Assembly: GCA_963815115.1 (NCBI GenBank)
Contig: CAWFFN010000008.1
Location: 266,226-330,225, forward strand
Reading direction: 5' to 3'
DNA: 64,000 nucleotides
Origin: an uncultured delta proteobacterium
GTDB taxonomy: Bacteria; Desulfobacterota; Binatia; DP-6
Shown here: positions 25,721-38,445 of the stretch, piece by piece
Numbering within the stretch: the stretch's first letter is position 1
How the letters are laid out: each line of letters opens with the position of its first letter
Made by a program: the position numbers and the translations under genes
The notes under the pieces: model-generated
The model's input: only the letters and a program-made list of their open reading frames with translations
The model's database searches: none
Told to the model about the DNA's origin: nothing

Positions 25721-26668
25721 TCAAGCCTGCCGCCGACGCCAGTCGTCGAGCACGCTCGCCAGGGTGTCGAGGAGCGCGATGCGGGGCTTCCAGCCGGTGT
25801 CACTCGACGCGCGCGCGTGGTCCCCGACCAGACGCTCGACGTCCTGCGCCCGGCGCCTGGCCGGATCGCTCCGGGCGCGTAGCGCTACCCGTGCCAGCGA
25901 GCGCAGCAGCGCGATCAACTCGGCCACGCTCACGCCCTCGCCGGTGCACAGGTTGTAGACCGTGCCACCGCGGCCCCGCTCGAGCAGCGCCACGTAGCCG
26001 GCCGCGACGTCGCGCACGTCCGAGAGGTCGCGAACCGGGTCCACGTTGCCCACGGTGAGGACGGGAGGCTGTCGGCCGGCCTCGATCGCCGCCACCTGGC
26101 TGGCGAGGGCGGCGCAGACGTAGGCCGGCGACTGCCCGGGACCGGTGTGGTTGAACGGCCGGGCGACGACGATCTCCAGGGCGTGCGCCCTGCCCCACTG
26201 GAGGGCGGCGATCTCTGCCGCCGCCTTGCTGGCGCCATACACCGTGAGCGGGCGAAGCGGGTTCTCCTCGGTCACGGGCAGCTCGCGCGCCTCGACCGCA
26301 CCATAGACGCTGCTGGAGCTGACGACGAGCACGCGCGCCCGCTTGGACGCCGCCCGCACGGCGGCGAGCAGGGCGAGCGTGCCGCCGAGGTTCGTGCGAT
26401 AGGTCGCCTCGGGATCGCGCTCCGCCGCCGCCGGCTCCGCCACCGCCGCCAGGTGGACGATGCCCTCGGGGGCCACGTCGGCAACCAGGCGGGCGAGGCC
26501 GGCGGCGTCCCGGACGTCGCCAGCGTGGAACTCGAGCGGTGCCCCGGCGAGCCGCGCGGGCTCGGGCGGGTGCCGCGCGAGGCCGTGGACCTCGTGACCG
26601 TGCTGGGCGAGCACGCGCGCGACGACGGGCCCGGCGAACCCCGACACCCCCGTCACCAGGACTCGCAT
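25721..26668 (-). CDS. rmd: NAD(P)-dependent short-chain epimerase/reductase, most likely GDP-4-dehydro-6-deoxy-D-mannose reductase (Rmd) or a GDP-fucose synthase-like enzyme.
   Basis: MRVLVTGVSGFAG Rossmann N-terminus. YGASK catalytic motif. Immediately downstream of gmd. Confidence 0.6.
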   Translation of the reverse strand: MRVLVTGVSGFAGPVVARVLAQHGHEVHGLARHPPEPARLAGAPLEFHAGDVRDAAGLARLVADVAPEGIVHLAAVAEPAAAERDPEATYRTNLGGTLALLAAVRAASKRARVLVVSSSSVYGAVEARELPVTEENPLRPLTVYGASKAAAEIAALQWGRAHALEIVVARPFNHTGPGQSPAYVCAALASQVAAIEAGRQPPVLTVGNVDPVRDLSDVRDVAAGYVALLERGRGGTVYNLCTGEGVSVAELIALLRSLARVALRARSDPARRRAQDVERLVGDHARASSDTGWKPRIALLDTLASVLDDWRRRQA

Positions 26669-26672
26669 CGGC

Positions 26673-28707
<2,035 letters not shown>

Positions 28708-28760
28708 CCCGCTATGCTAGCCCACCGACACGCCCGGAGCCCAGCACCCGGCAGCCGCCG

Positions 28761-31700
28761 TCAGAAGTAGCTTCCCCCGAGGGCCGGCGGGCGCCGCAGC
28801 CCGAGCGCCTGGAGCGGAGCGAAGCCGACGTAGTTCCCCACCGGCCCCTCGCCGAACGAGCCGAGCCCGAGGAGGGTGATCTGGAAGCGGTAGAGCGTCT
28901 CGCCGGTGTCGAAGCGGTCGCTCACCCCGAACTCGGCCGCCCAGCAGTTGCAGCGCGAGATCAGCCGCAGGAGGTAGTCGCGCTCGATGAAATGCGGGCC
29001 GACGTTCTCGAAGCGGCCGTTCTGCTTCACCAGCTGGCCGCCGTTCAGGTCGTAGCGCGACACGAAGGTGAAGCCGGCGTAGTCGCCGAACCGGATGTAG
29101 ACGTAGGCGTCGGTCTCCTCGAGGCCTCCGTTGGCGAACAGTCGGGACTGGGGCGTGCCCGCCGGGATGCCGAGCTCGTTCACGTTCTCGTCCACCTTCC
29201 GGTAGGAGACGCCGATCGTGGTCGGTGACTGGAACGGGTTCCCCTTGGGCGGGACGTAGTTCGGCTCGCGCAGCACCATGGCGTAGCTCTGCGCGGCCAG
29301 CCTGCCCTGGATCGGGTCGATCGAGCTGGCGTACGACAACGCGAGGTAGTCGATCGGCGTCAGGCGCAGCCCGAGGTCGAGGTTGGCGAAGTGGCTCGGC
29401 GGGCTGATCTCGCGCGACACGTCCCAGCCGCTGGTGACGCTCCCTCGCAGCAGCTCGCGCGACGGCGTGGCGGCAGGAAGCGACAGCGGCGCCGGAGGCC
29501 CCACGAAGCTCGGGATCTGGTGGCGGCGGCGGGGTGTCGCTCGCCACCTTGCCACGCCCCAGCAGCCGCGTCGTGATGCCGTAGGAGAAGAAGTTGCGGT
29601 GCTCGATGGCGTCGAGGCCGTCGAAGAGATAGCCGCGGCTGAACAGCGTACCCTTGCAGTAGACGCCGTAGTTCGGGTTGGAGCTTGATGCAATTGCCGT
29701 GCTTGTCGAACGCGAGGCAGGCCGGACACCCCGGATCGTCGGGCAGCGTGTCGGGCAGGGCTCTGCTGGCCCAGCTGCTCGTTGGTCGCGGGCACGTAGA
29801 GGTAGCGCAGCTCGGGCTCGAGGGAGTGGCGAAGCTTCTCGAGCCCGAAGTGCTCGAAGGTGAAGACGCGCGACAGCTCGGTGCCCAGCACGCCGCGGAC
29901 CTCCGCCACGCCGCGCGTGTGCGAGGCATCCAGGGCCGGCAGGCCGCGCGTGGCGCGGAAGGTCGTCGCGACGTTCGGATCGTTGGGAACCACCAGCGCG
30001 ATCTGGCGCTGGTCGGCGAGCTGGTAGAGGGTGCCGTGGAGCTGCCCGGTGAGGGAGCCGTGCACGAAGCGCCCGGCGTTGAACGGCACGAACAGCTCCG
30101 GCGCGACGTCGCCCCGGAAGCCGTCGAAGCCCTCGTTGCGCTGGAAGTCGATGGCCTCGCCGCCGAGACGGCCGACGGCCAGCCCGCCGAGGAGCGGGAT
30201 CGACTGCTCGGCGCGCAGCCGCGGCGCGCGCTGCGGCGTGAGCTCCTGGGGGTCTTCCAGGTCCTGGTAGTAGTTGGCCTCGCCCTGCACCAGGCCGCCG
30301 TTCCAGGTCTTGATGACACCTGTCGCCGAGCTCGTGTACGTGGTGCTCCGGATCAGCCGCAGGTCGTTGCCGAGGTTGCTCGAGAAGTTGGTGATCTCCT
30401 TCAGCAGGGTCGTGTCGCTCACCGCGAACACGTCGAGGTAGAACTGGCTGTCGGCGACGAACGGCGAGCGGTGCTGCCCGAGCGCCAGCCAGCGGTTCTC
30501 GGGCGGGGTCTGCAAGATGCCCTGGGACGACAGCACCTGGTCCGCCTTCGCGGAGCGGATCGCCTCGTTCCAGTAGCCGCCACCGAAGGTGCCACGGAAG
30601 TCGTGCGAGAGCGCGTAGCGGTACTCGCCGATCAACCCGAGTCGCGCCGCGGTCTCGATGTCGAGCGCGACCGTCGCGTCCATGCTCTTGTTGATCGACC
30701 AGAAGAACGGCTGCTCGTACTGGAATCCGCGCCGGTTCGAGTAGCCGAAGCGCGGCAAGAGGAACCCGGTCTGACGATCCCGGTTGGCGGGGAACGCGAA
30801 GATGGGCAGCCAGAGCACCGGGACGTCCTTGATCCGCAGGGTGGCGCCGCGCGAGACGCCAAGGCCGTTCAGCGCGACGTCGGTGCGGTTGCTCCCGATG
30901 CTCCAGGAGGGACGCTCGAGCCCGCCGCAGTGGCAGGTCGTGAAGACCCCGTTCTCGATGTGGTAGCTCGGACCGACCCCCTTGGTCATCTTGGTCGCGT
31001 CCAGGCTGTAGTTGCTGCTCGAGAACGTGCCGTCGACGCGCTCCATCCAGCCCGACTCGTCGTTCATGTCGATTGACGCCGCGTCGCCCTTCACGTCCGC
31101 ATCGGGATCGGAGATCACGACGTGCCCGTTGGCTTCCGCCATGCCGGTGAGGCGATGGTAGCGCACCTCGTCGGCCTGGAGGGTGACGAAGCCGCGCGTC
31201 ACGGTGACGCTGCCGCGCGCGATCGTGGTGTCGGTCTCCTGGTCGTAGGTGAGCTCCTCGGCATCGATCTGGATCTGCTGGACGTCCCCTTCGCCACGCT
31301 CGCCCACCTGGATCTTCGGCGCCCGCATCCTGCCGGTCGGCCCGATGGTCGCCGTCGCCGTCGGTGCGGGCTGGCGCCCGCGGAGCGTGACCAGGACGTC
31401 GCCGAGGGCCGAGGGGCGCGCCACGGCGTAGGTGACGGGCTGGCGTACGAAGATGACGACGCTGGTTCCCGTCGCCTCCGGGAGCACGCGCACGGTGCTG
31501 ACGAGGGGGTCGGCGATCTCGATCGCCGCCGGCTTGGAGGTGTCGAGACCGCGCAGGAAGAGCGTGATCTCGTCCTGGAACGTCTCGCCGGTGCTGGCCG
31601 GACCCTGGCCGGCCGCCGTCGGCTTCGCGCCGACCGTGCGGTCCTCCACCACCGTGTCGGGTCGGGCGCGCACCGAGACCGACGTCGTGGGCTGTGGCGG

Positions 31701-31823
31701 CGGGGTCGACACCACGCGCACCTCCGCCGGCATCGCCTCGGCGGCGCACGCGAGCCGGCACCCGAACACCACGGCGCCAAGGACGGCGACCACCCCACCT
31801 CGTGCCCCCGGCCGGGCCGTCAT
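28761..31823 (-). CDS. lptD: LPS-assembly outer-membrane protein LptD (OstA/Imp). The reading frame is disrupted by several compensating shifts around 29450-29760.
   Basis: N-terminal OstA domain (RGSVTVTRGFVTLQADEVRYHRLTG...). C-terminal barrel (LEPELRYLYVPATNEQ..., FVSRYDLNGGQLVKQNGRFENVG). About 110 aa of Arg-rich junk sit in the middle, while LptD-like sequence (YCKGTLFSRGYLFDGLDAIEHRNFFSYGITTRL) appears in another frame. Confidence 0.65.
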   Translation of the reverse strand: MTARPGARGGVVAVLGAVVFGCRLACAAEAMPAEVRVVSTPPPQPTTSVSVRARPDTVVEDRTVGAKPTAAGQGPASTGETFQDEITLFLRGLDTSKPAAIEIADPLVSTVRVLPEATGTSVVIFVRQPVTYAVARPSALGDVLVTLRGRQPAPTATATIGPTGRMRAPKIQVGERGEGDVQQIQIDAEELTYDQETDTTIARGSVTVTRGFVTLQADEVRYHRLTGMAEANGHVVISDPDADVKGDAASIDMNDESGWMERVDGTFSSSNYSLDATKMTKGVGPSYHIENGVFTTCHCGGLERPSWSIGSNRTDVALNGLGVSRGATLRIKDVPVLWLPIFAFPANRDRQTGFLLPRFGYSNRRGFQYEQPFFWSINKSMDATVALDIETAARLGLIGEYRYALSHDFRGTFGGGYWNEAIRSAKADQVLSSQGILQTPPENRWLALGQHRSPFVADSQFYLDVFAVSDTTLLKEITNFSSNLGNDLRLIRSTTYTSSATGVIKTWNGGLVQGEANYYQDLEDPQELTPQRAPRLRAEQSIPLLGGLAVGRLGGEAIDFQRNEGFDGFRGDVAPELFVPFNAGRFVHGSLTGQLHGTLYQLADQRQIALVVPNDPNVATTFRATRGLPALDASHTRGVAEVRGVLGTELSRVFTFEHFGLEKLRHSLEPELRYLYVPATNEQLGQQSPARHAARRSGVSGLPRVRQARQLHQAPTRTTASTARVRCSAAAISSTASTPSSTATSSPTASRRGCWGVARWRATPRRRHQIPSFVGPPAPLSLPAATPSRELLRGSVTSGWDVSREISPPSHFANLDLGLRLTPIDYLALSYASSIDPIQGRLAAQSYAMVLREPNYVPPKGNPFQSPTTIGVSYRKVDENVNELGIPAGTPQSRLFANGGLEETDAYVYIRFGDYAGFTFVSRYDLNGGQLVKQNGRFENVGPHFIERDYLLRLISRCNCWAAEFGVSDRFDTGETLYRFQITLLGLGSFGEGPVGNYVGFAPLQALGLRRPPALGGSYF

Positions 31824-31835
31824 CGCGGCGGTTCT

Positions 31836-33137
31836 CTAGCATTCCATGCCCCATCCCTGCCAGGCCTCGAAGAGCGCCGGCGGTCCGAGCTCGGCGTACG
31901 CCTCGCCGGCGAGAAAGAGCGACCCGGCCACCAGGACCGCGTCGCGCGCCGAGGCGCCCTCGAGTCCTGCCCGGACCGCGGCGCGGGGATCGCCGACGAC
32001 GCGGGTCGGCCGGCGGCCGCCGATGGCGTCCGCGAGCACCGCGGGATCGAGTCCACGCCGCCCCACTCGCGTCACGATGATCTCGGCGGCCGGCTCCATG
32101 AGGCGGTCGAGCATCGCCGTCCAGGCCTTGTCGGCCATGACCGCGAAGACGAGGACCAGCCGCCGATCCCCGAGCAGGCGCGGCAGCTCGGCCGCCAGCG
32201 CCTCCACGCCGGCGGGATTGTGGGCGCCGTCCACCACCACCAGCGGCCGCTCGCGGACCACCGCGAGCCGCCCTGGCCAGCGCACCCCGGCAAGCCCCGC
32301 ACGCACCGCCCCCTCGGGCGCGGGGAAGCGGTCCCGGATCGAGGTCAGGAGGAGCAGGGCAACCTCCGCGTTGCCGCGCTGGAAGGCCCCCTCGAGCCCG
32401 AGCCTGAGGCCGTCCCAGCGCACCCCCCCGGGACCGTGGAAGGCGAGGCCGCCGCCTGCCGGCTCGAGAGCGCCGTCGCGCCCGGCGTGCGTCAGCGGGG
32501 AACCCAGCTCCGCCGCGCGTGCCGTCACCGCGGCGTCCGCCTCCGGGGCCAGGCGCCCGAGGACCATCGGCACTGCCGGCTTGGCGATCCCCGCCTTCTC
32601 GAGCGCGATCTCGCGGAGCTGGCGTCCGAGCCACTCCTCGTGGTCGAGGGCGATCGAGGTGATCGCCGTGGCGATCGGCCGCACCGTGTTGGTCGCATCG
32701 AGCCGGCCGCCGAGCCCCACCTCGACGACGCCCACCTCGATCCCGATGCGGGCGAACCACTCGAGGGCGATCAACGTGGAGAACTCGAAGTGGGTGAGCG
32801 CGATGCCGGCGCCGGCGAGCGCCTCCTGCTGCTCGGCGACCAGGGCCACGACGTCGTCGTGGGGAATGGTCCCGCCGCCCGCCCGGATGCGTTCCGCGAA
32901 GTCGACCAGGTGGGGCGAGGTGTAGAGTCCCGTGCGATGGCCCGCCGCGCGCAGCACCGCCTCCAGCATGGCGGCGGTGGAGCCCTTGCCGTTCGTCCCG
33001 GCGACGTGCACCGCGGGATAGGCCTCCTCGGGATGCCCGCGGAGCGCGAGCGCGGCCCGCATGCGCTCGAGCTTCAGGTCCCAGCCCGCGGTGATCTCGA
33101 GCGCCTGCAGCCAGGCGATGGTTTCGTCGTACGTCAA
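31836..33137 (-). CDS. folC: Bifunctional folylpolyglutamate synthase / dihydrofolate synthase. TTG start giving MTYDETIAWLQAL.
   Basis: GTNGKGSTAAML P-loop. Mur-ligase-family middle and C-terminal domains. The track ORF's first 52 codons are encoded by the palindromic repeat element. Confidence 0.8.
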   Translation of the reverse strand: MTYDETIAWLQALEITAGWDLKLERMRAALALRGHPEEAYPAVHVAGTNGKGSTAAMLEAVLRAAGHRTGLYTSPHLVDFAERIRAGGGTIPHDDVVALVAEQQEALAGAGIALTHFEFSTLIALEWFARIGIEVGVVEVGLGGRLDATNTVRPIATAITSIALDHEEWLGRQLREIALEKAGIAKPAVPMVLGRLAPEADAAVTARAAELGSPLTHAGRDGALEPAGGGLAFHGPGGVRWDGLRLGLEGAFQRGNAEVALLLLTSIRDRFPAPEGAVRAGLAGVRWPGRLAVVRERPLVVVDGAHNPAGVEALAAELPRLLGDRRLVLVFAVMADKAWTAMLDRLMEPAAEIIVTRVGRRGLDPAVLADAIGGRRPTRVVGDPRAAVRAGLEGASARDAVLVAGSLFLAGEAYAELGPPALFEAWQGWGMEC

Positions 33138-33432
33138 AGCGACCCGAGACTCCGTCTCGGGTCGAGAACGGAGGCGAGCGTGCGGCGTTCCGTGGATCGG
33201 GCGAGCGCGGTGCCGCGGCCGGCAAAGCCAGCGCGGCAAAACGTGGCACGCCCGAGTTCCGGGTGCAATCCGTGGTGCGCCACCCCCAAACATGCCATCT
33301 CAGCTACGGGGTCGCGCTCCGGCACGCCTGCCGCGCCGGCTTCGCTGGCCGCGGCACGCCACTCGCAGTGTTCATCGCGTCTCATTCTCGCATTCCGTCC
33401 CGACCCGAGACGGAGTCTCGGGTCGGAATGCT
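33138..33432. repeat. Copy B of the ~290-bp palindromic MITE-like element, sitting between the trpA stop and the folC start.
   Basis: Terminal hairpins gacccgagactccgtctcgggtc (left) and gacccgagacggagtctcgggtc (right). Internal arms are mutual reverse complements (gccgcggccggcaaagcc...). About 80% identical to copy A. Confidence 0.55.
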
Positions 33433-34234
33433 ACCGGCCCGCGGCGCGCATGGCGGCAGCGAGACCGCCGACGAACCCGGCCACGCGGGCCGGCGCCTCC
33501 TCCGCCGTCGAGCTCTCGATGACCCGGGCGAGGGCGCTCCCGACGATGACTGCGTCCGCGAAGCCCGCCACCCAGGCGGCCTGTTCCGGGCTCTGCACGC
33601 CGAAGCCGACGCCCACCGGCAGGTCGGTGATCTCGCGCACGGCGGCGACCAGTCCGGGCAGCTCGGGCGGCAGCGTCGCTCGAGCGCCGGTCACCCCGAG
33701 CACCGAGACCAGGTAGAGGAAGCCGCTGGCCGACGCCGCGATCCGACGGATGCGGCTCGCGGGCGTGGTGGGGGCGAGGAGCGCGATCAGATCGAGGCCG
33801 GCACCCTGCGCGGCGGCTCGGAGCTCGCCGGCCTCCTCGGGCGGGAGGTCGACGCAGAGCAGGCCGTCGACGCCCGCGGCGGCGGCGTCGCGGGCGATCG
33901 CCTCCACGCCGTAGCGAAAGAAGGGATTGTAGTAGCCGAACAGCACGATGGGCGCGTCGAGGTCGCGGCGCAGCTCGACCACCGTCTCCAGGATGCGAGG
34001 AAGCGTCGTACCCGCCGCGACGGCGCGCGCCGCCGAGCGCTGGAGGACGGGACCGTCCGCCATGGGGTCGGAGAAGGGCACCCCGAGCTCGACGAGGTCG
34101 GCGCCCGCATCCACCGCCGCACGCACCAGCTCGGCGGTGAGGTCGAGCGACGGATCACCGGCCGTCAGGTACGCGACGAGGGCAGCGCGGCCCCGGGCGC
34201 GGCGGGTGGCGAGCACCTCGGCGATGCGGTTCAC
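33431..34234 (-). CDS. trpA: Tryptophan synthase alpha subunit.
   Basis: [11 protein letters not shown]...[16 protein letters not shown]...GFLYLVS..GVTG. 267 aa. Confidence 0.9.
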   Translation of the reverse strand: MNRIAEVLATRRARGRAALVAYLTAGDPSLDLTAELVRAAVDAGADLVELGVPFSDPMADGPVLQRSAARAVAAGTTLPRILETVVELRRDLDAPIVLFGYYNPFFRYGVEAIARDAAAAGVDGLLCVDLPPEEAGELRAAAQGAGLDLIALLAPTTPASRIRRIAASASGFLYLVSVLGVTGARATLPPELPGLVAAVREITDLPVGVGFGVQSPEQAAWVAGFADAVIVGSALARVIESSTAEEAPARVAGFVGGLAAAMRAAGR

Positions 34235-35466
34235 GTGAGCTGCACCCCCAGATAGGCCGCAACCGTTCCCATGTCCTTGTCGCCGCGGCCCGAAAGATTG
34301 ACGAGCAGCGTGCGGCGACGGTCGAGCCTGGGGGCCAGCCGCACGGCGTGTGCGATGGCGTGGGCGCTCTCGAGCGCCGGGATGATGCCCTCCGTGGCCG
34401 TCAGGAGCCGCAGCGCCTCGACCGCCTCGTCGTCGGTGACGGTGACGTAGGTCGCGCGCCCGCTGTCGCGCAGCCAGGCGTGCTCGGGGCCGACCCCCGG
34501 GTAGTCCAGGCCGGCGGAGATCGAGTGGGCGTTGCGGATCTGCCCCGTCTCGTCCTGCAGGAGGTAGGTCTTGTTGCCGTGCAGGACGCCCACCTGTCCG
34601 GCGGTGAGAGACGCCGCGTGCTCGCCGGTGTCCATCCCGCGGCCGGCCGCCTCGACACCGATCAGCTGCACCTTGCGGTCGTCACGGAAGGCGTGGAAGA
34701 GGCCGATGGCGTTGCTCCCACCCCCCACGCAGGCGATGCACGCGTCCGGCAGCCGGCCCGTGGCCCGGCGGATCTGCTGCCGCGCCTCCCGGCCGATGAC
34801 GGCCTGGAACTCGCGCACCATGAGCGGATAGGGATGCGGACCGGCGACCGTGCCGATGACGTAGAAGGTGTCGCGCACGGTGGCGATCCAGTCGCGCAAC
34901 GCCTCGTTCATGGCGTCCTTCAGGGTGCGCGATCCCGACTCGACGACGCGCACGTCGGCGCCGAGCAGCTTCATGCGGAAGACGTTCAGGCTCTGACGCT
35001 GCACGTCCTCCGCGCCCATGAACACCTCGCAACGCAGGCCGAACAGCGCGGCCACCGTCGCCGTGGCCACGCCGTGCTGGCCGGCGCCCGTCTCGGCGAT
35101 GAGCCGGGTCTTGCCGAGTCGTCGCGCCACCAGCACCTGGCCGATGGTGTTGTTCACCTTGTGCGCTCCGGTGTGCAGCAGGTCCTCGCGCTTGAGGTAG
35201 ATGCGCGCGCCTCCGAGCCGCTCGGAGAGACGGCGGGCGAAGTAGAGCCGGGTGGGCCGGCCCGCGTAGTCCCGCAGCCAGCTCCCCAGCTCGCGCCGGA
35301 AGCGCGCCTCCCGGCGCAGCTTCGCCCACGCCTGCTCGAGCTCGAGCAGCGCGGGCATCAGGGTCTCGGCGACATAGCGGCCGCCGTACACCCCGAAGTG
35401 TCCCTCCGCGTCGGGTTGGTCCCTACGCGGCCTTGGCGCGACGGATGAAGTCCTCGATCTTGTCAT
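34231..35466 (-). CDS. trpB: Tryptophan synthase beta subunit. Start taken at the ATG overlapping the 3' end of trpF.
   Basis: [15 protein letters not shown]...[11 protein letters not shown]...GGGSNAIG. The track ORF upstream of M129 is junk. Confidence 0.85.
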   Translation of the reverse strand: MTRSRTSSVAPRPRRDQPDAEGHFGVYGGRYVAETLMPALLELEQAWAKLRREARFRRELGSWLRDYAGRPTRLYFARRLSERLGGARIYLKREDLLHTGAHKVNNTIGQVLVARRLGKTRLIAETGAGQHGVATATVAALFGLRCEVFMGAEDVQRQSLNVFRMKLLGADVRVVESGSRTLKDAMNEALRDWIATVRDTFYVIGTVAGPHPYPLMVREFQAVIGREARQQIRRATGRLPDACIACVGGGSNAIGLFHAFRDDRKVQLIGVEAAGRGMDTGEHAASLTAGQVGVLHGNKTYLLQDETGQIRNAHSISAGLDYPGVGPEHAWLRDSGRATYVTVTDDEAVEALRLLTATEGIIPALESAHAIAHAVRLAPRLDRRRTLLVNLSGRGDKDMGTVAAYLGVQLT

Positions 35467-36034
35467 GGTCCTTGATCCCCGGTGCGCTCTCGACACCCGA
35501 CGCCACGTCGACCGCAAAGGGACGCAGCAGGCGCACCGCCGCTGCGACCGTCTCGGGGCGGAGGCCGCCGGCGACGAACAGCCTCTCGGTCGCCAGCCCC
35601 CGCGCGCGCTCCGGGTCGAGCGCGACGCCCGTGCCGCCGGGCCGGCCGGCGACGAAGCTGTCGAGCAGCAGGTAGTCCGTGTCATACGCCGCAGCGAGCG
35701 CGGCGGGGTCGTCTCCCGAGCGCACGCGCAGCGCCTTGATCGTCCGTACGCCGAAGCCGCGGCACGCGGCCGGCTGCTCGTCGCCGTGGAGCTGGAGCGC
35801 CCACAGCCCGAGCCGCCGCACCAGGCGCTCCATCTCCGCCCGCGGCGCATCGACGAACACGCCGACGAGGCGCACGTCCGGGATCGCCGCGGCGATGGCG
35901 GCCGCGGTCTCCTCGTCGACGTGACGCGGGCTGGGCGGATGGAAGTTGAGGCCCACGAAGTCGGCGCCGCTGTCGACCGCGGCGCGCGCGTCGTCGACCG
36001 TGCGCACGCCGCAGATCTTCACCATCACGGTCAC
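35423..36034 (-). CDS. trpF: Phosphoribosylanthranilate isomerase.
   Basis: [27 protein letters not shown]...LQLHGDE. 203 aa. Confidence 0.8.
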   Translation of the reverse strand: MTVMVKICGVRTVDDARAAVDSGADFVGLNFHPPSPRHVDEETAAAIAAAIPDVRLVGVFVDAPRAEMERLVRRLGLWALQLHGDEQPAACRGFGVRTIKALRVRSGDDPAALAAAYDTDYLLLDSFVAGRPGGTGVALDPERARGLATERLFVAGGLRPETVAAAVRLLRPFAVDVASGVESAPGIKDHDKIEDFIRRAKAA

Positions 36035-36804
36035 GCGAACAGCTCCCGGAGCGCCGCGCCCGGGTCGGGGGCCGCCATGAACGCCTCGCCCACGAGCACC
36101 GCCCGCGCGCCCGCGTTGCGCATGCGGCGGACGTCGGCCGGACGATGGATGCCGCTCTCGGCGACGAGGATCACTCCCTCGGGAACCAGCCCGGCGAGCT
36201 GCTCGGTGGTCTCGAGCCTGGTCTCGAACGTCCGCAGGTCGCGGTTGTTGACCCCCACGAGCGTCGCGCCGAGCCCCAGCGCCGCGTCGAGCTCGCGCCG
36301 GTCGTGCACCTCGACCAGGGCATCCAGGCCGTGGGCCCGCGCCGCCGCCAGCAGCTCGGCGCCCAGGGCCGCGCCGACGGCGGCGACGATGACGAGGATG
36401 GCGTCCGCTCCCCAGGCGCGTGCCTCCTCCACCTGGTAGGAATCGACCAGGAAGTCCTTGCGCAGGAGCGGCAGGCGTACGGCATCCCTGGCGGCGGCGA
36501 GGTGCGCGAGCGCACCCTGGAACCAGCGCGGCTCGGTGAGGACGGAGATCGCCGTGGCGCCGGCCTCTGCATAGCTCCGCGCGTGCGCCGCCGGATCGAA
36601 GGCCGTCCGGATGACGCCGCGGGACGGCGAGGCGCGCTTGATCTCGGCGATGACGGCCGTCGCCGTCGCGGCGGCCAGCGCGGCCCGGAAGCCCCGTCGC
36701 GGCTCGTGCCAGTGCGGCAGATCGCGCAGCGCCGCGGGTGCAGCCGCCCGGCGCGCTGCCGCCACGGCCTCACGCGTGTGGGCCAGGATGTCGTCGAGGA
36801 TCAT
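36031..36804 (-). CDS. trpC: Indole-3-glycerol-phosphate synthase.
   Basis: MILDDILAHTR...VIAEIKRASPSRG...LRKDFLVDSYQV...VGVNNRDL. The track ORF's first 27 codons are junk. Confidence 0.85.
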   Translation of the reverse strand: MILDDILAHTREAVAAARRAAAPAALRDLPHWHEPRRGFRAALAAATATAVIAEIKRASPSRGVIRTAFDPAAHARSYAEAGATAISVLTEPRWFQGALAHLAAARDAVRLPLLRKDFLVDSYQVEEARAWGADAILVIVAAVGAALGAELLAAARAHGLDALVEVHDRRELDAALGLGATLVGVNNRDLRTFETRLETTEQLAGLVPEGVILVAESGIHRPADVRRMRNAGARAVLVGEAFMAAPDPGAALRELFA

Positions 36805-36811
36805 GACGGGA

Positions 36812-37849
36812 TCAGCCCGCGGCCTCCGCCGCTCGCCCTCGCCGCGTGAAGCGGGCGAGGCGCTCGAGTGTCGCCGCGGCGCCACCCGAGTCGATCGCGG
36901 CCTGCGCGCGCCCCACCCCGTCGGCCAGGCCCGCGGCCGCGCCTGCCACGACGAGCGCCGCCGCCGCGTTCAGGCAGACGACGTCGCGCGCCGGACCGGG
37001 CTCGCCGGCCAGAACGCCTCGCACGCGAGCCGCCGACTCGGCCACCGAGCCGACCCGCAGGACCGCGTTCGGCGCCGGCCGCAGCCCGGCGCCGGCCGCG
37101 TCGATCGTGAAGGTGCGTACCCCCCCCGCGCCGACCTCCGCCACGGCCGACGGCCCCTCGAGGGCGAGCTCGTCCAGACCGCCGGCTCCGTGCACGACCC
37201 AGGCCCGCTCGCTGCCGAGGGCTGCGAGCGCCCGGGCGACGGGCTCCACCAGGCGGCGCTCGCCGACGCCGACCACCTGTCGACGGATGCCGGCGGGGTT
37301 CACCAGCGGACCGAGCAGGTTGAAGATCGTGCGCACGCCGAGCTCGCGGCGCACCGCGCTCACGCGCGCGAGGAGCGGATGGAGCGCGGGCGCATACAGG
37401 AAGGCGATTCCGACCTCGCGCAGACAGGCACCGAGGAGGTCCGGCGACTGCTCCACCGCGACGCCCATCTCCTCGAGGAGATCCGCGCTCCCGGCGCTTC
37501 CCGAGACGGCGCGATTGCCGTGCTTCGCCACCGGGATGCCCGCTGCCGCGACGACCAGCGCGGCGGCGGTGGACACGTTGAACGTGCGGGCTCCGTCACC
37601 ACCCGTGCCGCAGGTGTCGACGGCCTCGGCGGGAACGCCGGGGATCCCGATGGCGTGCGCGCGCAGCACGCGCGCGGCCCCGACCAGCTCGTCGACGTGC
37701 TCGCCCTTCTGGCGGAGCCCGACCAGGAGTGCCGCGACCTGCGCCGGCGTGGCATCGCCGCGCAGCACGGCCTCCATGACCGCCGCCATCTCGGATTCGC
37801 CGAGATGGCCGCCGCCGAGCACGCGCTGGATGGCCGCCTGCGGCGTCAT
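36812..37849 (-). CDS. trpD: Anthranilate phosphoribosyltransferase.
   Basis: [50 protein letters not shown]. 345 aa. ATGA overlap with the trpG stop. Confidence 0.85.
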   Translation of the reverse strand: MTPQAAIQRVLGGGHLGESEMAAVMEAVLRGDATPAQVAALLVGLRQKGEHVDELVGAARVLRAHAIGIPGVPAEAVDTCGTGGDGARTFNVSTAAALVVAAAGIPVAKHGNRAVSGSAGSADLLEEMGVAVEQSPDLLGACLREVGIAFLYAPALHPLLARVSAVRRELGVRTIFNLLGPLVNPAGIRRQVVGVGERRLVEPVARALAALGSERAWVVHGAGGLDELALEGPSAVAEVGAGGVRTFTIDAAGAGLRPAPNAVLRVGSVAESAARVRGVLAGEPGPARDVVCLNAAAALVVAGAAAGLADGVGRAQAAIDSGGAAATLERLARFTRRGRAAEAAG

Positions 37850-38445
37850 CGCGGCGTGGCGGCGCGGGCCGGGAGGCGGCCGAGGAAGTTGCCGAGGAGT
37901 CGCTTCCCCTCCAGCGTCAGGATCGATTCGGGGTGGAACTGCACGCCCTCCACGAAGGCGCTCCGGTGCCGCACGCCCATGATCTCGCCCTCGGCCGTCC
38001 ACGCGGTCCGCCGCAGCACCGCGGGCAGCGTGCCGGGGTCGATCACCAGGGAATGATAGCGGGTCGCGTCGAAGGGATCGGGCAGGCCGGCGAAGACGCC
38101 CGTGTCGTCGTGATGGATGGGCGAGGTCTTGCCGTGCATGATGCGCGGCGCGCGTACCACGTCGCCGCCGAAGGCGGCGCCGATCGCCTGGTGGCCCAGG
38201 CAGACCCCGAGGATCGGGACCTCGCCGGCGAACCGCTGGATCAGCGGCACCGAGATGCCGGCCTCGCGCGGAGTGCAGGGCCCCGGCGAGATGACGATGC
38301 CGTCCGGCGCCAGCTCCACCACGTCGTCGAGGCCGACGGCGTCGTTGCGCCGTACCTCGACCTCCGCTCCGAGCTCGGCGAGATACTGCACCAGGTTGTA
38401 GGTGAAGGAGTCGTAGTTGTCGATCATGAGCAGCCGCGGCGGCAT
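37846..38445 (-). CDS. trpG: Anthranilate synthase component II (glutamine amidotransferase).
   Basis: [18 protein letters not shown]...GVCLGHQAI...HPES. 199 aa. Confidence 0.85.
   Translation of the reverse strand: MPPRLLMIDNYDSFTYNLVQYLAELGAEVEVRRNDAVGLDDVVELAPDGIVISPGPCTPREAGISVPLIQRFAGEVPILGVCLGHQAIGAAFGGDVVRAPRIMHGKTSPIHHDDTGVFAGLPDPFDATRYHSLVIDPGTLPAVLRRTAWTAEGEIMGVRHRSAFVEGVQFHPESILTLEGKRLLGNFLGRLPARAATPR

Noticed and set aside
22727-25882. A 1051-aa plus-strand ORF.
   Set aside because: It is antisense to the phosphodiesterase and gspE genes with junk composition.
28717-33249. A 1510-aa minus-strand ORF.
   Set aside because: It is an alternate frame of lptD and folC reading through Arg/Pro/Gly junk. 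It is useful only because short segments of it carry the frame-shifted LptD pieces.
31122-33716. An 864-aa plus-strand ORF.
   Set aside because: It is antisense to lptD, folC and trpA with no domain signatures.
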